Part shown: positions 1 to 13,908 of the stretch, piece after piece
How the letters are laid out: every line of letters begins with the position of its first letter
Position numbering within the stretch: the stretch's first letter is position 1
Source of the DNA: Curvularia clavata
Lineage: Eukaryota
Assembly: GCA_023920165.1 (NCBI GenBank)
Contig: CP089276.1
Location: 3,534,001 to 3,598,000, forward strand
Length of the DNA: 64,000 nucleotides
Direction of reading: 5' to 3'
Program-made: the position numbers and the translations under genes
The notes under the pieces: model-generated
What the model was told of the DNA's origin: nothing
Database searches by the model: none
Seen by the model: the letters and a program-made list of their open reading frames with translations, nothing else

Positions 1-1902
1 AGTGGCCATCGTGAGTATATGTAGGTTTCAGCTACTATCCATGGTCACGTAGCACATATGCGCCGGTAGCAGTTTGTCATATTCGACAGTTCTGGATTCA
101 CCAAAGCTAAAGAATCCCGTCTTGTTTTTAGTCGCTTGTTATACAATCTGTATTCAATCCTTTCCCTCCACAGCTCAATCAATGCAGATAATTTTATGCA
201 ATGTAGTAAAGCAAGGTTTGGCACTTGCTACCAACATGGTGGAACGCTTCGGAGCAGTCACCGAGGCAGCGTCCCTCCTCTCTCATCGCCTTCTTGTCGC
301 CCTCATTCTCAAGTCTCGACCCCACACTTGGGAAAACACGAGACATGCTACGTCCATGTCACTGCTGGAGACTTCCAAGCCAGACCAAAATCGAAGATTT
401 CTGCCTCAACATGATCATTCAATTTTCTCACCATGCTTACGGCAAACCCAAGTTCCAGTGTAGTGAGCAAGCCCTTGCAACGCTCGCAACCGCCCAAGGG
501 ATCTACATGAGGTCTGTGCCAACTCTAGACCTTGTTCGGGAGTCTGGGGAACAATCATATTGTGGTAGACTCCGTAGTTAAGTTCACAACGATGATGCTC
601 AGATCTCCGCTAACCAGCTAGGGTGGGCACCAACCATGCAAAGCTATATTCTCCGCCACGTGTGCAAGAGGTAATTCACAAACTTTGTTCGATTTGTCTT
701 GCTGCCCAAATCTAATTCACACGCAATTCATCAAACGCTCAGTGGCTCCGGTCGATCAATTCCCAGGGCTGAGCCAACGTCGAACCCCTGTGCGACGACT
801 CACCAACAACGCACACCATTGCTGTTGTCTTGAATTTGAGTCCCTTGATTTAGTGTGTTGGTCTGTTTCAGCAAGTTCGCTCGTTTACGCCTCGGTAGTT
901 GACAACGAGTTTAGGATGCGTTGTCTTTCCCGCCACAGTCAATACTGCAGATCAACATTCCCGAACTGCAACATGAAGAACTTTGATAACAAGGATTGGT
1001 ACCAACAAGCCTAGAGGTACAATCAACGCCCCTGACATTCGGGAGTCTATGAAAATTATTTATCGTCTCGCAGTCAGCACTTGTAGTGCCAAAGGCGAAA
1101 CACCGGAGCCACAGTGCCCGAACACTCATTGCTTCCCCTTTTCTGCTACGGTCTCGAAGCTGAGGGTCAATTCCCTGCCACTGCATCTTCTTCAGCCAGA
1201 GTATCTAACAGCCACCTCAGCTTTGTTTGTATGCTCGTTGCAAATGCATGTGGCGAGGTGGCACTCTCTTGTTGCGTGACTGTAGGATTGCGACTAGTGA
1301 AAGCCATTCAGCTCAATTCTGGCGTGGTCTTGGCTTTCTGTCGTCCTATTGCGAGGACGTTAATTAACTAGAGAAAATTTGACCATAAGTTCAGATAGCT
1401 GAGAATGCGCTGAGACGTCTTGTATTTTAGCCAGCTGGTATACTTTCGTCGTTCCAGTGAAATGTAACCCTTCATCGTGTGTTCAGACAATCATCTCTTG
1501 TGCTTGTAGTATTCATTGCATGGTTACATTCCAGTCTACAAAGTGTGCCCTATAAAATCATCTCACCACAGCTGTCAAGCTCATTCTTACAGACCCATGT
1601 CTTTCTTCTCTCTCTTGGCCCACATGCTCGATCTCCAGCTCCCATTGCATGACAGGGCTTCCCTCCCCTCGCCCCACATCAAATACGAATAAAGGAAAAA
1701 GAACGACAGAGAAAGAAAAAGACAAGGGAGTGTTCATGCAATGCACAGGCAGTGCTGGTGACATATAATCCAGGGAACTTGATATGCAAACCACATCCTT
1801 GGGTGTTCGCTTGTCTCACATAATATCCCTGCTCACCGACCACTTGTCATGTCCTCTACATGGATACATCTTCGGCATACCTAACGCATGTGTGCCGACT
1901 CT

Positions 1903-3381
1903 TCAGACTACCACCCATGCCCCTACAACGTAGTCCCAGCGTGGCCCGGTTCCCCGATACGAACCGGGATCGTGATTTAAGAGATGTTCGTCCCGATTTT
2001 GACAGCGGAAGACTATCTTATGGTCATCGTTGCTATCTAGATTGATGATGTTGACCTTCGTAGAAGAAAGCGAAAGAGGCAGATGCAAAACGTTAACAAA
2101 TCTAAGCTTCCATTATTCCGGTATTTCATGCACAACAGTTCCAAGCTCCTATCATCATTGCCGTTTCCCCTCCCCACACCCTGTGCTCGTTCCCGTCTTA
2201 CTCACGCACATCCAAAACACTCTGATACACGCTGAAATAATACGCCCGAGTGAAAAAAAAATCCCCGATGATCTGCCACTCCGACTCAGCCCTCTAAGCT
2301 GAATGGAGATAGTACGAAATACCACCCTCGTCACTGCCGCGCATCTGTCCAACATCCGAACCCGACGACGAACAATGGCACAGAAAGAGGCAAAAAAAAA
2401 CATCGATGGAGACGAAAAGAAAGAATAACACCGTCTACCCGTCTTCCCCGGTATCACCAAAACCCCCCTAATCCACTTCTGCTTCCTTTGACTTAGTGCA
2501 TGCGCAGACATCTTCCCATATCCACCTCAAGAAAAAAAACCCAGCCCAGCACACTAAACAACTCAGCCTCCAATGTACCATGTCAGCTACCCCAATCCAA
2601 ACTCCAACGGAATCGTAATGTGGACCAAATCTTAAACACACCCCTCGCCATGCCCTTGCTATATTGCACAAAGGCATCTACAGATACGAACCTCCATGTA
2701 CATATCTAGCTAGTCATCTAGTCATGCAAACCGCGAAGATCACCGACCGGCGCCTTCCTCCCTCCCTCCCTTCCACCTCCCCCCGATCTCACTTTCCCCT
2801 CCCATCGCTCCTCTCTTAAGCAAGGAAAGCCGTGGCGAGACTAACTCAGCCGAGAGGAGAGAAAGTGGGGTGGAGTGGGGTGGGAAGTCAAAGTGCGGAT
2901 CTCCTTCCCTAACTACTTGAGAGAGACAAGAAAACGCTAGGACATACTATAGAGAATGTAGTGGATACGGTGCAAAGACAAGGGAACGGGAAGGAAGGAA
3001 CACCCGAAGTAACCACGCCGTTTTTTCTTCTTTTCACCCTTTTGAGACTTCCTTGCTTGCTGATTTTCCTTCCTTACTTCTATACATACATAATTCATGC
3101 ATGTAGTGCAGTCAGCGTATACCGTATACAAGACACGGCAGAAAGAGATCAAAGGATCTCTCTGGTGAGACGAACTAGACGCGCAAAGAGCAGACTGGGA
3201 TACTCGTTGTTTGTCCGGATGATTTGTCATGGATATATGATGGAGGAAAGAAGTGCCCGAGAAAAAAGGAAGATAAATGTGAAACGATTGGAGTGGCAGA
3301 TGGGAGATCGAGTTCGGCGATTGGCCGTTGAGATAGGAGAAGCGACAGACTTGCGGTCTTTCCGCTTACTACGAAGTACAT
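1903..3381 (-). other. Candidate spliced transcript: 12-nt coding exon (3381-3370), 1314-nt intron, exon 2055-1903; 54-aa micro-ORF or lncRNA
   Basis: ATG TAC TTC GTA|GTAAGC donor; GTTAAC branch-like site, pyrimidine tract and first downstream AG at 2057-2056; frame open after splicing. Confidence 0.35.
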
Positions 3382-4180
3382 GTCCTTCTCTCAGTACGGC
3401 GAGTCGAAGGTTATAGTCAGCAATTGTGGTAGTGGTGTTGATCACATCGGACCAAACGATGCTGATGCGAGACACGACGTAGCAAAAGCGCTAAGATGAA
3501 CCACTTTTCTTAGTCAAACATGCATGCAAGCATGTACTTCGGGAGATTCATCACGGATACATACTCGGTCCACATAGTGTGCGTGTGCATCTTCAATACA
3601 CCGCCAGCAGCTCACTGTCAAACCCGAACCCCCTATGCAAAACACTCGGACACTGCCTAGAACAGCAATCACAAAGACTTCATCGCGATGCGAGCACCGC
3701 GAGTCACAATCATATGATAGGAAGATCGCAATACCTTCTGCCCCATAGTAGTCAGCAGCAACACGAGGCCGAGCACGACCTCAAGCACGGGCGCTCTCGG
3801 TGCTGCGGCAAAGATCGTGACCCACCACGGCCAAGAGTCATGGCTTGTCCGTTGCACCGCCTCAGGGCCCTGCAGCAAGTGTGGCTCAGCAGTCTTTTTT
3901 AGGAGAGGGGAAGGGAAGGTTCTGCCCGTTGTGAGAGTTACCCACTTTTCCCAGAGAATCAATGCAAAAAGGCACGTGAGAATGAATTGATAGGATAGGT
4001 ATACGAGCCGTCTCTCAGAGCTGCGGGCAATGGAACCAACGCTCGTCTTGCTAACAACCGAATCCGCCGCACAAAGACACACGAAAAAACCCAGCTTGTC
4101 CCTTGGCTCGTCGTGGTCAACTTTCGGCCGTTTCACTGTCATGATAGATATATTCGTTCAAACCCCACAACTTCTCACGC

Positions 4181-5037
<857 letters not shown>

Positions 5038-5463
5038 GGCTGCTGGGTGGCGGATGGTGGAAGAAAGTGTTGGTGGTCAAGATTGGGTGAGATGGTGAGG
5101 TGGGTGGATACAGGCCAACTGGCGATATATAGCAACAGGCGGCGGTGCGGTGTGAAGGAGATGTCCAGTCGTGTTTGCGGCTGGAGAAGATGGGCTGAAG
5201 TGGAGCTGGAATGTCAGACGGATGGCCTAGCGCCGCCTCGCTGTTGGGAAGGGGCTATTAGCGTTGCCGCATCCGGTAAGGCGTCCATTGTGCACCACCA
5301 CTGCCAGAACACGGCCACGATTGCATGCGCCTCATATCAAACGCCCGTCCAGGCACGCCCACACCCAATCCCCATCGACACTCACATCCGCCGGCGCTGT
5401 CCCGGCTCATGCACTCCCTGAGTCCTGCCATGACACAGCCCCGTTGAACCTCGCCAGCCCATC

Positions 5464-6736
5464 ATGTGGCGGGACCGAACCAACCTGTACGCTGCCTGCC
5501 TGACCCGCGCTGCTGAGTTGCTGCTGACGTAGTCACCTAGCTTCATCTCCTACCGCCAATCCTACTCGCACCACCCTCAGACCAAGAAGAAGGCACGCTA
5601 TGGCGCTCCGGGCTCCAATGGCTTTGGCGACAGCAGGCGCGTGTCCGAGGAGCGCCAGGGCCTCATCCCAGCCTTCGAGGACGACGGCGATGCTGTCATA
5701 GAAATGGACTTGCTGCCACCGCGCTGGCTCGACATACAGGACGATGTTACCCAGCACCTGGCGGAGATAGCAAAGCAGACGCGGAAACTCGACCAGCTGC
5801 ACCAGAAGCACGTGCTTCCGGGCTTCGACGACGAGGATGTCAAGAAGCGGGAGGAGCGCGAGATTGAGCAGATTACCCAGGCCATCACACGCCTGTTCCA
5901 GAAATGCCAGCAGGCCATCAAGCGCATAGACGTTATGGTGCGTGAAGCCAAGCAGCAGGGCAACATTCACCAAGGTGAAGAGGTCATGGCACAGAACCTC
6001 AAGATCTCGCTGGCCTCGCGGGTGGGCGAAGTCAGCGCCATGTTCCGCAAGAAGCAGGCCGCCTATTTAAAGAGTACGGCAGTCTCTCCGTTGTATAATT
6101 TGTTTGTTGCTTACATCCGACCCAGAACTCCGTGACCTTGGCGGCTTCGACTCGCCCTTTCGCTCGGCTACCCCAGTTCAGAATCCCTACAATGACCCTG
6201 CATTACAAGAATCTGATGCCGACCGCTCCTTCTCTCAATCCACATTGCTGCAGACGAAACAGCAGCGCATGCGCCATGATCCGAATGAAGCTTTGATAGC
6301 TCAGCGCGAGCGCGAGATTGAGGACATTGCCCAGGGCATCATCGAGCTAGCCAACATTTTTCAAGAACTCCAGACCATGGTCATTGACCAGGGCAGTATG
6401 TTGGACCGAATAGACTACAATGTGGAAAACATGTTTAGAGATGTCAAGGAAGCGGACAAGGAGCTTAAGGTGGCTTCTGGATATCAGAGGCGAAGCGTAA
6501 AGCGGAAGATCATGCTGCTGCTTGCCATTCTTATCGCAGGAGTATTCATATTGTTATCGCTCAAGTTGAGCAGGAGAGGTGGTGACAATATGCCTGCCAC
6601 TCCTCAAGTCCCAGACGTCCCGCCAGCGGCGGCAATCAGAAACAGACGCGATTCGATGACACAGACAAACCGTATATGGCACAGGAGGAAACGGCGATTG
6701 TGGCGGAGTCCTATACGAGATCCTTTGGTTTTCTGA
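5464..6736 (+). CDS. TLG2: Tlg2/syntaxin-16-like t-SNARE (exons 5464-5486, 5541-6073, 6126-6736)
   Basis: N-peptide MWRDRTNLFISYRQS, LPPRW motif, SNARE motif REREIEDIAQGIIELANIFQELQTMVIDQGSMLDRIDYNVE, C-terminal TM helix. Confidence 0.95.
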
Positions 6737-7611
6737 GTGTGTTTGATATGATTTAAGTAGCCAATATTGAGCTGTTTCGTACTTTGTTTTATGAGGAATT
6801 TTATTGTGTGACCCATGCAGTACAAGAAGTATTTGAGTTGAAGCCTTTGTTATCAACACAAAAACGTTGCAGTTCTTACTAACAACTTTGGCGCTCTGTC
6901 GTTATTTAGCGCAAGACAAGAAGCTTAAGCATTCGGTTGGAGCTTCTTTATCAACAGAGTGAAGCGGAGAAGATGAGCAATGGGGATATGGAAGGTTGCG
7001 AAGTACATGAGTCCATTGAATTGGTACGGAAGAACAAAAGAAAATGCGGATAAAAGTGTCATAAGCGAGGTAAAATAGTAAGACGAAAGATAGGAAGGGG
7101 ACAGATACGAGATGTCTGTAAGTTCTTCGAAAGCCGATATAACTAACAACCACAAGTACATGCCTAAGTCGTGATTGTTATTAAATTCGTCGTCTTGAGA
7201 GCCTGACCTGGCTCAGAGTGATTGCCTTCTTCACTTGAGCAACCACTTGAACGGTCGAACTATCTCGGCCTCGTCTTTGAATATGACAAACAATCACAAC
7301 ATCACGCAAGACGCTGCAAGATTGACAGTAAGCGCCTTGTAGCCGCTCGGTATTGTTTCCATCCAATATGAGCCAAAGAATTAAGCACCAAACTAACTGC
7401 ATGAAATTCCATCATGCCATGCTATAGCAACTGTGCCGCATCAGCCTCCCAGCTAGCCGCCAGCGTTCCGAAACCCTCGAACTCTAGACTCTCTCTGTAC
7501 AATTCCTGAGCATTTCATCATATTTATCAGTAAATTACCAAAGCATCCGATCCAGTATCAGTAGCATTGACAGTACGTCATCTCATTTCACGAACAGACT
7601 TTACTACAATC

Positions 7612-7988
7612 ATGCAAGCAAGACGCACACTGCTCAGCCTCGTACGCGCCCATCCTTATCGAACGGCAATCCATACCACGAACGGTGCCATCTTTCTCGA
7701 ACCAAGAATAGTCACCGTGCCTCTCTTCTGGGCGTTAGGTTTTGAAGGGAAAGGACCTCGTAAAGGTTGTGCTCATTTGAGTTAGATTTACGTATTCATA
7801 CTAACTGCGTTTCAGACTCAACAGCCTCTGCATGGATGCGGGTTAGAGATCGCTCTTCTACACAGACTGTCTATAGTATTGTTCAAAGCGCGGCCATGAG
7901 CGGTAGTGGCGTAGATACAGTTGGTGTTGCCGTAAAGGCTGTGGCGGCGGTACTGTCAGTAGCAATGTGGTGCAGAGGCCGTCGCTGA
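7612..7988 (+). CDS. Small hydrophobic IFI27/ISG12-like protein, copy A (exons 7612-7765, 7816-7988)
   Basis: Spliced MQARRTLLSLVRAHPYRTAIHTTNGAIFLEPRIVTVPLFWALGFEGKGPRKDSTASAWM...VYSIVQSAAMSGSG; 50-nt GT..CTAAC..CAG intron keeps frame; clear paralogue of the gene at 8244. Confidence 0.65.
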
Positions 7989-8243
7989 GGACAAAATACT
8001 GTATTATAGAGTACTGGGATGTGCTGTAAATGTTCCCATGCGTTGGTGAGGCTGAATTATGTATTGGCATTATTAGCCAACCAAATGCAGCGCCACGCAC
8101 TCACCCCTCGTTAGGCTCAGCCTTGCGTGAGTTGCTCTTTCCATTGATAAGAGCTGTTGATTTTCTTAATTCTGGCCAGCGTTGCCAAAAATTACTCTTG
8201 TTTCTTTCAACTCAAGCAATTTACAGCATCTGAAACTGTCACA

Positions 8244-8654
8244 ATGAACACCACAGTCGCAACAGTTGTAGCCACAGCGCAGCCCGTCGTCAACTGGGTA
8301 GCAGCACACCCCGTCCGAGCAGCTTTCTATACAATCAACGGTGTCATCGTCCTCGTACCTGCTACAGCCACTGCACCAGTCTTTGCTGCCTTTGGATTGA
8401 CTGCCCTAGGACCCGCCTCTGGTGCGTTACCCCAGACTCCAGCTGATGTTTCGTTCTAATGTTTGACAGGTTCCTTGGCCGCGGCGACAATGAGTTGGTT
8501 TGGCCACGTCCCAGCAAATGGTGTATATGCAGTCGCACAGAGTGCTGCCATGGGTGGATCTGGTGCTAGTCTTGCTGCTGGTGCGGCGCAAGCAGGCGCA
8601 ATTCTGAGCTCAGGAATCACTTGGTTTCTGGGGAGGAACAACACTGCTGCCTGA
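8244..8654 (+). CDS. Small Gly/Ala-rich IFI27/ISG12 (Ifi-6-16)-like membrane protein, copy B (exons 8244-8421, 8470-8654)
   Basis: Spliced ...FGLTALGPASGSLAAATMSWFGHVPANGVYAVAQSAAMGG; resembles the G..GP.AGS.AA..QS...G..FA.LQSA.M pattern; 48-nt intron keeps frame. Confidence 0.75.
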
Positions 8655-8993
8655 AATGCGGGTACATCCAATAGATACATGGGAAGGTGAGCACGAAGGA
8701 CCCAAGAGGTTGTGTTGGTGAGCAGCCTCAGCACTCACTTTGGTATGGCTTGCGAGTAGGGAAGGGAATCGGCCAATGGTTTAAAAGGTACCTCGGCCCG
8801 TAGCCCCTTCACGCCAAGACAACATGCATGTAAACGTCGAAACTTGTATTCATCCATGCCAACCAGTGTAGAATACCTTACCCATATAACAGACACACCA
8901 TAACCGTGATGTTTTGAGAATATCAGAATAAAAATATCTCCATGCGTCTTCCCATCCCATACACATCCAACCCCTAAGCCAACATACCCAGCC

Positions 8994-9854
8994 ATGGACT
9001 CTCCCACACCTCCAACTCCACCAGAGCCTACAAAGCCCCTCTCCGACTTCCAGAAGATAGGCCACAACATTTACCTCTGGACATCCCCCTCTTACCTCTC
9101 CAAAGCCGCCTCAGAAACTCCCCTCATACTTCTCTTTGCATGGAATGCCGCGGCCGCAAAGCACATTGCCAAATACACCATCACCTACCAACGCCTCTTC
9201 CCCACCAGCCGCATTCTGCTAATCCGATGCTACACTAACGACATGTTTCGGCGAACCGCCTCATACGGACCCTTGTTAAAACCCGCCCTGGACCTCGTCG
9301 CCACACATGCCAACTCCAACGGCCAAATCCTTGTGCACAGTTTCTCCAACGGCGGCGGCAACCAAGTCAACGAGTTCGCAAAAGCCTGGAAGAAAACTTA
9401 TGGCACCAAAATGCCCATGCGCGCTCAGATCCTCGATTCAAGTCCGACAAAGGGCCCCTGGATGAAGAGCCATGCTGCCATCAGCGCGTCGTTGCCTAGA
9501 ACGCTGTTCTGGAGATGGTTTGGGGGCGCGCTGGTGCACCTTTTGCTTGTAGTGACGTGGCTGGTGAACCAGATGCTGCGGAAGGAGAATAAGATGATTA
9601 TTTTGTGTCGGGAGTTGAATGATGAGGAGGTGTTTGATAAGCGTGTACCAAGAGTGTATTTGTATAGTCGGGCGGATACGATGGTGGGATTTGAGGAGGC
9701 AGATGAGCATGCGGAGATTGCGAGGGGAAAGGGGTGGGATGTCACGAAGGTGCAGTTTGAGAAGAGTGCGCATTGTGGACATGTGAGGGAGGATGCTGAA
9801 AGGTATTGGGCTGCGGTTATGGAGGCATGGAAGAAGGGGCCTAGGGGTGATTGA
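8994..9854 (+). CDS. DUF829/TMEM53 (PaxU-like) alpha/beta-hydrolase-fold protein
   Basis: LILLFAW..A..KHIAKY, HSFSNGG, ILDSSP, YLYSRAD, FEKSAHCGH motifs; intronless 286 aa. Confidence 0.9.
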   Translation: MDSPTPPTPPEPTKPLSDFQKIGHNIYLWTSPSYLSKAASETPLILLFAWNAAAAKHIAKYTITYQRLFPTSRILLIRCYTNDMFRRTASYGPLLKPALDLVATHANSNGQILVHSFSNGGGNQVNEFAKAWKKTYGTKMPMRAQILDSSPTKGPWMKSHAAISASLPRTLFWRWFGGALVHLLLVVTWLVNQMLRKENKMIILCRELNDEEVFDKRVPRVYLYSRADTMVGFEEADEHAEIARGKGWDVTKVQFEKSAHCGHVREDAERYWAAVMEAWKKGPRGD

Positions 9855-9931
9855 ACTGGTTAATGTGCAATTACAAGGGAATGGTGGGAGGCCATTGTGC
9901 CAGCAGCAAATATATTCATATTGAGGATGTT

Positions 9932-10669
9932 CTACAATCGGGCTGCTACTAGCGATAGATAAATGTTCCATAGTAGACCACAGAAACTTAGAAAGACGAT
10001 GCGGCGCTCGACGGGGATGAAAGTGGTGCTGAAGAAGTTTGCAATTGGCCAGACTTTGTAGGAGTCAAAGATGAGGCCGAAGAGCTCCTGGTCAGCTGTT
10101 AGTCCTCATGCCTGGTAATTATGGTCGGGTTCATGTCTGGATGAGCCTACATTTCGAAAGTCCTGGACAATCATTGCTGCGGATTTATGCTTCATGATTC
10201 CAATCAATATCAGGAACATGGACTGGTTCAGCAGCGCTCCCATGGTGATACACTTGACCCTCGTTAGTATTCGGCCATAGCTGCCGCTATCATAGTCATG
10301 ACCACTCACATCAGTAAACCATTTTCTGAAAATATTCCACCAGTTCCTCACTCTCACCTCCTCTTCAACAATGCCCCTGCCATCTCCATCCTCCTTCAGC
10401 ATGATGCCTTTTTCCTCTTCACCCTCGCCCACTACCCTTGTCCGTTTTTCAGTCTTCCATCCGGGGAACGCCCGTTCAAGCCAGTTCTGCCAATGGTAGT
10501 TTACTGGTGCGGTGAGGACGACCATGATGGCGAATTGTGTGAAGAGGACACGGTCGAAGACAAAGGGCTTGGATTCGTTCCATGCTTTGAGGCGTTGTGC
10601 GATGATGTTGCTGCAAGAGTCTATGACGAGCGCGGAGAGACAGGCCGTAGCGATCGGGGGGAGCTTCAT
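9932..10669 (-). CDS. Mpv17/PMP22 family membrane protein (exons 10669-10310, 10252-10151, 10087-9932)
   Basis: SNIIAQ, PVNYHWQNWLERAFP, final exon SYKVWPIANFFSTTFIPVERRIVFLSFCGLLWNIYLSL. Confidence 0.9.
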
Positions 10670-12763
10670 TGTGGTAAGTGAAGGTCGGTTTCGACGGCCA
10701 CAGGAGGTGGTGGGTAGTGGCGGGCGGGACGGCGTAGAAGAGATTACAGACTCGTAAGCACGAGCTGCGACAATTGACAGAGTACTGGGTAGACGCCGAA
10801 TGAGGTTGAAGGCCAGACAAAGTCGTCGGGACAGCACGGGGAGGATAGATGTGTTTAGGTAGAGAAACCCGCGAGGTGCTGGGAAAACGGCATTGCGATC
10901 TACCTAGGATGCGCCGTCGCGATGCGACTCCACATTTGTTGGTGTTGCTTATTGCGCGTCACTTCGGTACATCTGCGGCCGAATCAGACATGGCCCAATG
11001 CGGGACGCGACTGACTCGGCTCCGCTCTACTGTGGTATCGATTGTGCTACCTTGCCAATACACTTGTGTTATAGATTGATAACAACGTTTTTAGAGTATG
11101 TTCCGTTCACTGGTCAGTTTTGCAAGCGAATAAGAGTGTGTGACTGGGAGTTGGCTGCAACATGGGTCTCGAAGCGCAGTAGGGTCATCCTTGGAGCTCA
11201 ATTTGATGCTTTGACCTTTAGCATATTGCAAGAAAGCAGCATTGGCTACCACATGATATCTTTCGTTCACAGGTAGCTGACCAGACCATGCTTTTTGGTA
11301 CGAGACGAAAAAGCAGCCTTCCCAAGGATCTGCATGATGAGTTGCTGCATACTAGCCATGGCTACCTCTCTTTCAGCTGCCGAAATACTTACTTCCGGTG
11401 TCTTTTCATCTAAGGTTCTATTTGGTACGTACTCGCACTTCAAGCCGCCGATGCAACTCTGGACACGGGATGGTGGCTGGGCTCGGTAAGTCACTACTGG
11501 GATGAGGAACATGGAAATCTGTGCACTCGAAGGCTGTCATATAGCCGCTGATTAAGCAGAAAGGATTGGGACGCGGTACCAAGGTACGATTAAGAGCAGC
11601 GAGGATACATAGGTCGAATCAGAGGGTTCCTTGGCTGTGTCTAGGTCAGAGCTTGGCATGTCGGTTATATCTACGACCGCTTGGATGTTATTCACCTAAT
11701 TAAGTATGAGAAGATTTCAAGAGAAATAACCTGGCTTTTCACCTCACTCCTCGGTAAAGAAAATCAGCTTGTCAAGCACAACCGAATCCACTGTTCCTCT
11801 TTAAGCGGATGAAATGCGTTGTACGCTAGTACTTGAAACTGATGATTAGGTGATCGATTTGTAATCGACTGAACTCAAGATGAAGATAGGCTATCTGGAG
11901 AGTTCCCATGCTTTCGTTAAGATTGAAGTACACAGTATATGCACGTATTACGAAGTTTCTCAGGAGCAAGACACCGAAAGGGCTGGACATCAGATCCGTT
12001 GGATCAAAATCCGATACTGACCCAAAAGTACCACCCAGTGTGGTACATCCAAAGCCTACACCCAACTACCCTTTAAGCTAAACTTCTGATCAAGTTTCAT
12101 AAGCCAGCGTACTATCTTGCAACTATTTCCTGTCCTCTGAAGCGGGGTACCACGTGGTCTGGCCCATAACAGCGCCACCATCGCAACAGGACAACAAAAG
12201 AATAAACAAGTTCCAAGTTTGTAACCGCGACATTGAAATTAATTACAGAAGCTGAATGTTTTCTCTACACATGGAAAGCCTTAAATGCTTAACTCCGTTC
12301 TGTTCGTCATCACACAGCATTCGCGGCCCGTGCCGCAGACTTCGTGCTGGACCCATGGTGCGCAAACTCCGTCTATCTCCACTGTCAATTCATAATACAC
12401 AAGAAGCCACAAAACAGCCACACGTTAATGATATTATCAACCCGCTGTTATCGCTTGTTGCAATGGCCGACCCCAATGACGAAAGTATCCGGTTCTATCC
12501 TCGCGATCGCGCTTGAAAATGCCAACTGCGGGGCCTGATCCACGGGATCTAACGTTCAAGGAGAAGGAGGATCGGGCGAGCTAGGCAATTAGCCGTGTTG
12601 TCAAAAGCTTGCCCCGTTGTTATTAGATGCGTCACTCGTCCGGAGGTAATGCTAGTCTCGTTGGATATATAACTCTCGAGACTTTTGTGTTAAATATCTC
12701 ACGCACATCAACAAATCCACACAACATAACCCCCCTTAGCAAAAGTACAACTAAGTAGCAATC

Positions 12764-13908
12764 ATGTCCAACCAAGCCGCCTGGATCCCCGAAGCCAAGG
12801 GTAAACTTGTAGTCAAGGAAGCGCCCATGCCTAAGGCGGGTAAGGGAGAAGTTGTAATCAAGAACCACGCCGTCGCTGTCAACCCTGTGGATTGTGAGTT
12901 ATTCCCTCGGTAGCACACGTGTCGCGATTTTGCATTGCTAATTGATTCGGGGACAGGGAAAGTTCAAGACTACGGCATCATCATACAGAAATTCCCCAAC
13001 GTCTGCGGTACTGATGTTGCGGGCGAGGTCTACGAGGTAGGCGAGGGCGTCACGCATGTGAAAAAGGGCGATCGTGTCATAGGGTTTGTTTCTCCCAGTC
13101 CAGCCATACTCACCTCGGAGAAAAAGAAGAGAGTCGCGAGCTAACAAAGACGTGTGTGCATAGCCATGCCTTCTCCCTCGCGTACCAAGATCCCGCACAC
13201 GGTGGATTCCAACTCTTCACAAAATGCAATGCGCTTGTTGTTTCCAAGATTCCTTCAAACATAAGCTTCACCCAGGCGTCAGTCCTGCCTCTCGGTATTT
13301 CCACCGCAGCAACCTTGCTGTTCAAAAAAGAGACGCTGGCGTTGCCCATGTCTTTCTCCGCTCCATCGACCGGCAAATCGGTACTGGTCTGGGGCGGCGC
13401 AAGTAGTATGGGCGCCATCGCCATCCAAATGGCGGCTGCCACCGGTCTGAAAGTCGTCACTACAGCAAGCAAGCACAATCTCGACAAGATGAAGGACCTC
13501 GGTGCATCCGCAGCTTTCGACTACAACGACCCAAATGTTGTGGATGACATCGTTGCCGCGCTCCAAGGCACAGAGTTCGCAGGTGTCTGCGACGCCATCG
13601 GCGCCTGGGAAGCCTGGGTGCCAGTGAGCGAGAAGCTGGGTGGGCGCTACGGTTCCGTGGCGCTGATCCAGGACAAGGTGCCTAAGAGCATCGAGGGCAA
13701 CGCCGTCTTCGCTGTCAGCGTCGCGCTAGCGGATAAGTACATTGGCGATGTTGTCTGGGCACAGTGGGTCCCCGAGGCGTTGGAGAAAGGCACGCTGAAA
13801 GCTGTGCCCGAGCCGCTGGTTATTGGGAAGGGTCTAGATGCTGTTCAGAAGGGCTACGACGAGCAGAAGAAGGGCGTTAGTTTCCGCAAGATTGTGATTG
13901 AGCTGTGA
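12764..13908 (+). CDS. MDR-family (GroES-like) enoyl-reductase/alcohol dehydrogenase-like oxidoreductase (exons 12764-12893, 12957-13083, 13164-13908)
   Basis: MSNQAAW, NHAVAVNPVDWK, GTDVAGEV, GDRV, LVWGGASSMG Rossmann motif; TATATAA at 12666-12672. Confidence 0.92.

Noticed and set aside
1..1500. Overlapping short ORFs, possible decayed gene
   Set aside because: No recognisable motif or consistent exon structure
3361..3390. GACATGTACTTC followed by an intron, reminiscent of fungal U3 snoRNA exon 1
   Set aside because: Second exon lacks the GGATCATTTC box A sequence and no B/C/D boxes were found
11267..12065. Minus-strand ORF fragments faintly like an aspartic protease C-terminus (FVIRAYTVYFNL)
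   Set aside because: No DTG/DSG motif; similarity too weak to support
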